This document shows, piece after piece, positions 60,741 to 64,000 of a DNA stretch of 64,000 nucleotides. The position numbers were made by a program, and so were the translations under genes. The DNA lies in contig CAZDWC010000002.1 of assembly GCA_964509075.1 (NCBI GenBank), positions 320,638 through 384,637 on the forward strand. The letters are read 5' to 3'. This DNA is from an uncultured Pseudomonadales bacterium. Lineage in GTDB: Bacteria > Pseudomonadota > Gammaproteobacteria > Pseudomonadales > UBA7239. Under the pieces are notes generated by a model. The model was not told the origin of the DNA. It saw only the letters and a list, made by a program, of their open reading frames with translations, and did not search any database. Position 1 is the stretch's first letter. The number at the start of each line of letters is the position of its first letter.

Positions 60741-61589
60741 TCAACTTCCCAGCTTGTTCTCGCCCGCCAGCAACGTTTGCAGAATCAGGGTGTTGATGGT
60801 CATGGGGCCGACACCACCCGGCACCGGCGTCCAGGCACTGGCGCGATCTTTCACCGAAGCCAGCTCGATGTCACCGACACCGCCGTTGTGGTAACCGGCA
60901 TCGACGACGACGGCACCGTCCTTGATCCAGGTGCCAGGAATGAACTCGGGCCGCCCTACCGCACCCACCACGATATCGGCTTGGCGCACCAGCGCCTCCA
61001 GATTCTGCGTGCGCGAATGGCAGATGGTTACCGTGCAATCGGCATTGAGCAACATTGCAGCCATGGGTTTGCCCAATATCGGGCTGCGGCCCAGCACCAC
61101 GGCGTGCTTGCCGGCAAGCGGGATGTCATAAGCCTGCAGCAAACGCATGATGCCCGCCGGCGTCGCCGACCCGTAGGCGCTCTCGCCCATCGCCATGCGT
61201 CCGAAACCGAGACAGGTCACGCCATCGACATCTTTTTCCAGGGCAATGGCATCAAAGCAGGCGCGCTCGTCGATCTGTGCGGGCACCGGATGCTGCAGCA
61301 GAATACCGTGCACATTCGGGCTGCGATTGAGCTCGTCAATCTTCGCCAGCAGCTGTTCGGTGGTGGTGGATTGCGGCATCTCGATGGCCAGAGAATCCAT
61401 GCCGACACGACGACAGGCGTTGCCTTTCATCTTCACGTAAGTAGCTGAGGATGGATCATCCCCGACCAGAATGGTGGCCAGTATCGGCGTGGCGCCACCG
61501 GAGCGCGCCTTGAGGTTTTCAACGCGAACGCGGATGGCCGCTTCGGTTTCTTCCGCCACTTTTTTACCGTCGAGGACTACTGCCGCCAT
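60741..61589 (-). CDS. folD: Bifunctional methylenetetrahydrofolate dehydrogenase/cyclohydrolase
   Basis: Start at Met-14 ([14 protein letters not shown]). [37 protein letters not shown] motifs. Confidence 0.96.
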   Translation of the reverse strand: MAAVVLDGKKVAEETEAAIRVRVENLKARSGGATPILATILVGDDPSSATYVKMKGNACRRVGMDSLAIEMPQSTTTEQLLAKIDELNRSPNVHGILLQHPVPAQIDERACFDAIALEKDVDGVTCLGFGRMAMGESAYGSATPAGIMRLLQAYDIPLAGKHAVVLGRSPILGKPMAAMLLNADCTVTICHSRTQNLEALVRQADIVVGAVGRPEFIPGTWIKDGAVVVDAGYHNGGVGDIELASVKDRASAWTPVPGGVGPMTINTLILQTLLAGENKLGS

Positions 61590-61738
61590 GCGCGCTCTCT
61601 TTAACCAGCTGGAAAACAGGGTTGTCATTGTGCCTGATTTGTCGCCAGCACCAAAGCGTCTCGTTCACCCTTTTCGTTTACCTGAATGGCCGCAACCGCT
61701 ACAATCGTTGCCCCTCAACCCGCCCGTGACTTTCTGCC

Positions 61739-62530
61739 ATGCAGCCCATGCTGAACATTGCCCTGCGCGCTGCGCGCCAGGCTGGTGAATACATCGTTCG
61801 CGCTTCCGACCGCCTCGACACCATCGCCGTCGCCGAAAAGGGTGCCAATGACTATGTCACGGAAGTGGATCGCGCCGCCGAAGACATCATCACCGGCCTG
61901 TTGAAGAAGACCTATCCCGATCACGGTTTTCTGGCCGAAGAGAGCGGCGGCAAGAATGCCGATGCCGATTACATCTGGATCATCGACCCGCTCGACGGCA
62001 CCACCAACTTCGTGCGCGGCATTCCGCACTACGCCGTTTCCATCGCCTGCCAGTATCAGGGTCGCCTCGAACACGCCGTGGTTTACAACCCGGTAACACG
62101 GGAAGAATTCACCGCCAGCCGTGGACGCGGCGCGCAGATCAACGGCCGTCGCATGCGCGTGTCCAGCCGCACCAGCCTCGACGGCGCCCTGCTCGGCACC
62201 GGTATCCCCTTCCGCAAACACCAGACGGAGCGATTGCCCGCTTACCTGGAAGCCCTTGGTGAACTGGCACAGCAGACGGCCGGCATTCGCAGGGCCGGCT
62301 CGGCAGCACTGGATCTGGCCTATGTGGCCGCCGGACGTTTCGATGCTTTCTGGGAAATGGGCCTGCAGCCGTGGGACATGGCGGCCGGTGTACTGCTGAT
62401 TCAGGAAGCAGGCGGATTGATCAGCGACTTCGAAGGCGGCAACAGCTTTCTGGACAGCGGCAACATCGTCTGCGGCAATCCCAAGTGCTTCAAGCACGTA
62501 TTGAAAGCCGTCAACAGCCACCTGGCCTGA
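61739..62530 (+). CDS. suhB: Inositol monophosphatase family protein
   Basis: 263 aa. FLAEESG, WIIDPLDGTTNF, WDMAAG motifs. Confidence 0.93.
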   Translation: MQPMLNIALRAARQAGEYIVRASDRLDTIAVAEKGANDYVTEVDRAAEDIITGLLKKTYPDHGFLAEESGGKNADADYIWIIDPLDGTTNFVRGIPHYAVSIACQYQGRLEHAVVYNPVTREEFTASRGRGAQINGRRMRVSSRTSLDGALLGTGIPFRKHQTERLPAYLEALGELAQQTAGIRRAGSAALDLAYVAAGRFDAFWEMGLQPWDMAAGVLLIQEAGGLISDFEGGNSFLDSGNIVCGNPKCFKHVLKAVNSHLA

Positions 62531-62555
62531 TCAGCCTCCAACGCACACCCGGCAT

Positions 62556-62810
62556 TCAGGCGGCCGGCTTTTCTGCCAGCGCCGCCAGTTGCTTCTCTGC
62601 CAATTCCAGTCGCTCGCGCGTGCGTGACAGCACCTTGCACTGCGCATCAAATTCGCTGCGACTGACCAGATCGAGCCGCGCCAACGCCGATTGCAGCAGT
62701 GCGTGCAGGATTTTCTCCAGCTCATCGGAAGAGGGTGTCTGCCCACCCAGCTGCTGCCCGAGCTGGCTCGTCAGTTTCTTCAGCAGGTCAACCGGAATTT
62801 GCATGGCCAT
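62556..62810 (-). CDS. ubiK: Ubiquinone biosynthesis accessory factor UbiK (YqiC/BMFP family)
   Basis: 84-aa C-terminal part of a longer ORF (MAMQIPVDLL...). LVSRSEFDAQCKVLSRTRERLELAEKQLAAL matches the YqiC coiled-coil signature. Confidence 0.8.
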   Translation of the reverse strand: MAMQIPVDLLKKLTSQLGQQLGGQTPSSDELEKILHALLQSALARLDLVSRSEFDAQCKVLSRTRERLELAEKQLAALAEKPAA

Positions 62811-62979
62811 GATGAGGCTCCTTCGATTCAGGTCGACACTATAGCTTTCTACCCGGATGCCGTCAGCCGGCACAGATGCATCATGCTGGTGCAATTGCGC
62901 ACCAGAATCACCCATCAGCATCGAGCGAGATCGCCCAAAACCGCGCAGCTGCACCAAACCTCCACCCTGCGCACGATAA

Positions 62980-63882
62980 TTGCTGAGTGCAAGCGGCCCA
63001 CGACAGGACGCCGCCGTGACACTCGCATTGCAAATCCCGCAAACCGCCGCAGCCGAAGGCTGGCAGGCACATATCCGTCTCGAGCTGGCGCTGCGCGCCG
63101 GCCGCAGCACCATCACGCGCCTGGATCACCGCGGCCCGCTGCGTGTACAGCGCCCGTTCTACCCGGAGGGGCAGGCACTCAGCCATATCTACCTGTTGCA
63201 CCCGCCGGGCGGCATGGTGACAGGCGATCGACTGCAGATGGATGTCCTGCTGCAGCAACAAGCACAGGCGCTGATCACCACCCCCTCCGCCGGCAAGATC
63301 TATCGCGGCGACCACTCGCTGCGCCGCCAGCAGCAACACTGCCGATTGCAGGTAGCAGACGAGGCCGTGCTGGAGTGGCTGCCGCAGGAAACCATCGTCT
63401 TCAACGGCGCGCGCGGCGAGCTGTTCACCGAGGTGGATCTCGCCAGCAGTGCGCGCTGCCTGCTGTGGGACATCGTCTGCCTCGGCCGCCCTGCCAGCGG
63501 CGAGCGCTTTCTCGACGGTTACGTGGTACAGAAATTGCTGATCCGCCGTGGAGAGCAATTGCTCTACCACGAACGCAACTGTTTTGAGGGGGGAAATGCC
63601 ATGCTGCAGGAAAAATGCGGTTTGCAGGACTATCCCGTCAGCGGCTCGCTGATGGCCAGCGTCACACTCACGGAACAGGAGCTCTGCAGCGTGCGCGAAT
63701 CGCTGGAGCATCTGGCGCTGCCCGGCGTCACCGCCCTGTCGCAGGTAGACGAGCTGTTGCTGGTGCGCCATATCGGCCCGTCATCAGCCGGTTGCCGGCT
63801 GGCGTTTGAGCAAGTCTGGGCCTGCCTCAGGCCCTACCTGAACCAGCGTGCAGCCATTACTCCGCGCGTCTGGAATACCTGA
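62980..63882 (+). CDS. ureD: Urease accessory protein UreD
   Basis: 300 aa. GPLRVQRPFYPEG..HIYLLHPPGGMVTGDRL motif. Followed by ureA. Exact start uncertain (non-ATG ORF start). Confidence 0.88.
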   Translation: MLSASGPRQDAAVTLALQIPQTAAAEGWQAHIRLELALRAGRSTITRLDHRGPLRVQRPFYPEGQALSHIYLLHPPGGMVTGDRLQMDVLLQQQAQALITTPSAGKIYRGDHSLRRQQQHCRLQVADEAVLEWLPQETIVFNGARGELFTEVDLASSARCLLWDIVCLGRPASGERFLDGYVVQKLLIRRGEQLLYHERNCFEGGNAMLQEKCGLQDYPVSGSLMASVTLTEQELCSVRESLEHLALPGVTALSQVDELLLVRHIGPSSAGCRLAFEQVWACLRPYLNQRAAITPRVWNT

Positions 63883-63917
63883 ATCTTCAACAATCCTCAC
63901 CAGAAGGCTGAATACGG

Positions 63918-64000
63918 ATGGAATTGAGTCCGCGTGAAAAAGACAAGCTGCTGCTGTTCACCGCCGCCCTGCTCGCCGAGCGCCGCAAGGCGCGCGGCCT
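63918..64000 (+). CDS. ureA: Urease subunit gamma (5' part, runs off the window)
   Basis: MELSPREKDKLLLFTAALLAERRKARG is the canonical UreA N-terminus. Confidence 0.9.
   Translation, partial: MELSPREKDKLLLFTAALLAERRKARG

Overview
GC-rich, gammaproteobacterial-type core chromosome segment. I saw no rRNA, tRNA, CRISPR array, transposase, integrase or prophage genes. Most of the window is housekeeping. Left to right: trpG-trpD-trpC; a DUF1631-like gene plus a stand-alone PilZ gene; a minus-strand block of pentapeptide-repeat protein, AmpG/FptX-type MFS permease, YfiR-like protein, cobQ and cobT; ppsA; two tandem paralogous membrane proteins with degenerate GGDEF domains; an RluA-family pseudouridine synthase; rsgA; orn; an aldo/keto reductase; prfC; a large secreted GDSL-hydrolase/thrombospondin-type-3-repeat protein; a small MCP-tip-like protein plus a flavodiiron-like metallo-beta-lactamase-fold protein; sirB2-like; miaA-hfq-hflX-hflK-hflC; a retropepsin-like protease; ribA; panC-panD; yjgA; rpoN (outside its usual context); an orphan cytochrome P450; an NdvB-like GH17+GT2 glucan synthase; a DUF349 protein; dinG; an alpha/beta hydrolase; yhcB; a class-V aminotransferase; the complete S10-spc-alpha ribosomal protein cluster (rpsJ to rplQ, including secY and rpoA) on the minus strand; a 171-aa hypothetical protein; folD; suhB; ubiK; ureD and the start of ureA. 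No canonical defence or mobile island is visible. The observations most worth a second look are: (1) the MCP-tip-like / diiron-sensor-like gene pair at 22.9-24.3 kb; (2) the tandem degenerate-GGDEF 6-TM paralogs at 12.7-15.0 kb; (3) a 151-nt spacer full of tetraloop hairpins between rpsJ and rplC; (4) four tandem 17-bp units that create two mini-ORFs just upstream of the DUF1631-like gene; (5) a perfect 13-bp inverted repeat over a near-consensus promoter of the orphan P450. All functional calls come from motif recognition by eye. No database search or folding calculation was run.
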